From an uncultured bacterium (lineage in GTDB: Bacteria; Patescibacteriota; Patescibacteriia; Patescibacteriales; UBA12465), in assembly GCA_937983635.1 (NCBI GenBank), contig CALJZR010000027.1, forward strand, positions 1 through 43,002: a stretch of 43,002 bases of DNA, given 5' to 3'. Position numbers and translations under genes: made by a program. The notes beneath the pieces are model-generated. The model ran no database searches and was not told where the DNA came from. It saw only the letters and a list, made by a program, of their open reading frames with translations. This document shows positions 42,144 through 43,002 of the stretch, piece by piece (positions within the stretch are counted from its first letter, which is position 1; every line of letters starts with the position of its first letter).

Positions 42144-43002
42144 ATGAACAAGATTTTAACTCTGTTTGACGAAACCGCTGCCAAAAAATTATTAGAAAAA
42201 GAAGTTTTACCGCTATATCCGGAATTTAAGGATATTATTAGTTTGAAGATTAAGCCTTATAAAAAATTGATTTGGGAAACTACTTATCATGTCGTGATCG
42301 CCTATCGCGTGCTTTTTTCTAAGAAGGCCGGTGGTGAGGAGAAGCTAGAAATCGTTTGTTCTGCTCATAGCAATGAACCGCGGGAAGTGGTTTTCAAGGT
42401 TTTATCTTTTCTTTGGTCTAGCGGTTTAGCAGACGCTGAGATTGTTCTGCCTCGCCCTCTTTTTTATTCGCCGGAATTTAACGGTTCTTTTTACCGAGCG
42501 ATTGCTGGTAAAAATTTATTAAATTTTATTAAGGAAAATGATCGGGCCAAGACCGAAAGAATGATTCCTCAGGCGGCTCGTCTTTTAGCGCGTTTGCACT
42601 CTTTGGCTTTACCGCTGGATCTCAGCATTTTTAGTGATGATAATCGCTCTCTTCGTCATGTCGTTCCTGGCCGAGACTTGATTATCAGGGAAATTAAAGA
42701 GCGGTTTAATGGTAAATTTGTTGATGATATTGCTTCTTTCTATGAAAAGTTTATCGTTGAGGAAGAATTATTTTTTAATAATCAACAACAACGCTGGCTT
42801 ATTCATGGTGATGCTCACCCGGAAAATATCATTGCGGTCGGCGGTCATAAGATTGGCGTTATTGATTTCACGGATTTTTGCCCCGCTGATTATGCTCGAG
42901 ATTTAGGAGCCTTTTTGCAACAGTTGGAGTATAAGATTATTCGCAATCTGGACGACCCTCTTTTTGCCTCAGCGATGAAGCATCTTTTTCTTAAATCATA
43001 TT
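42144..43002 (+). CDS. APH/choline-kinase-fold phosphotransferase (partial, runs off the window). Possibly maltokinase-like.
   Basis: Not in the ORF track because it has no stop codon. I translated it by hand from the ATG at 42144: MNKILTLFDETAAKK...WLIHGDAHPENII...VIDFTDF. HGDxHxxN plus IDF(T)D is the APH-fold catalytic signature. Confidence 0.7.
   Translation, partial: MNKILTLFDETAAKKLLEKEVLPLYPEFKDIISLKIKPYKKLIWETTYHVVIAYRVLFSKKAGGEEKLEIVCSAHSNEPREVVFKVLSFLWSSGLADAEIVLPRPLFYSPEFNGSFYRAIAGKNLLNFIKENDRAKTERMIPQAARLLARLHSLALPLDLSIFSDDNRSLRHVVPGRDLIIREIKERFNGKFVDDIASFYEKFIVEEELFFNNQQQRWLIHGDAHPENIIAVGGHKIGVIDFTDFCPADYARDLGAFLQQLEYKIIRNLDDPLFASAMKHLFLKSY

Noticed and set aside
42709-42906. 65-aa plus-strand ORF near the window end.
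   Set aside because: It is out of frame inside the longer open frame starting at 42144, which carries the APH-fold kinase catalytic motifs.

Overview
This 43 kb window looks like a small, gene-dense bacterial genome of Patescibacteria/CPR type. That placement is an inference from several observations: almost no Shine-Dalgarno sequences, archaeal-type enzymes (endonuclease Q, UMP kinase), a uridyltransferase-only GlmU, low-complexity tails on ribosomal and RNA-binding proteins, and a large beta-helix surface protein. Most of the window is housekeeping. It holds the 23S rRNA 3' end and 5S rRNA, glmM and a glmU-like gene, EndoQ and recA, pyrH and adk, and three tRNA clusters with 9 tRNAs in total. 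It also holds HU, RNase Y, infB-rbfA-nrnA, trmD, a KH protein, rpsP, pnp, a NYN protein, rpsO, rpsT, holA-murI-murD-polA, ddl, a CaCA exchanger, an M23/LysM peptidase, gpmI, yebC-ruvC, and a glgA-GH57-kinase glycogen cluster. I see no CRISPR array, transposase, integrase or recognisable defence operon. The strongest finding is a tRNA-Phe(GAA) gene (20512..20828, minus strand) split after U33 by a 245-nt group I intron. P1, P10, omega-G, two GAAA-capped hairpins and an IC3-type catalytic core are all readable in the sequence. An AT-rich ORF with an HTH and a LAGLIDADG-like motif lies immediately downstream and may be a free-standing homing endonuclease. Secondary candidates are a GC-rich, highly structured ~460-nt polA/ddl intergenic region, a lipoprotein cassette with atypical codon usage beside tRNA-Ala, and a NYN-domain predicted RNase between rpsO and pnp. 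The polA/ddl region has mutually exclusive 12-bp helices, a 64-codon hydrophobic ORF and an intrinsic terminator. The lipoprotein cassette carries a perfect consensus promoter and a perfect 17-bp inverted repeat. All calls come from reading the sequence and recalling protein and RNA families. No database searches were run.
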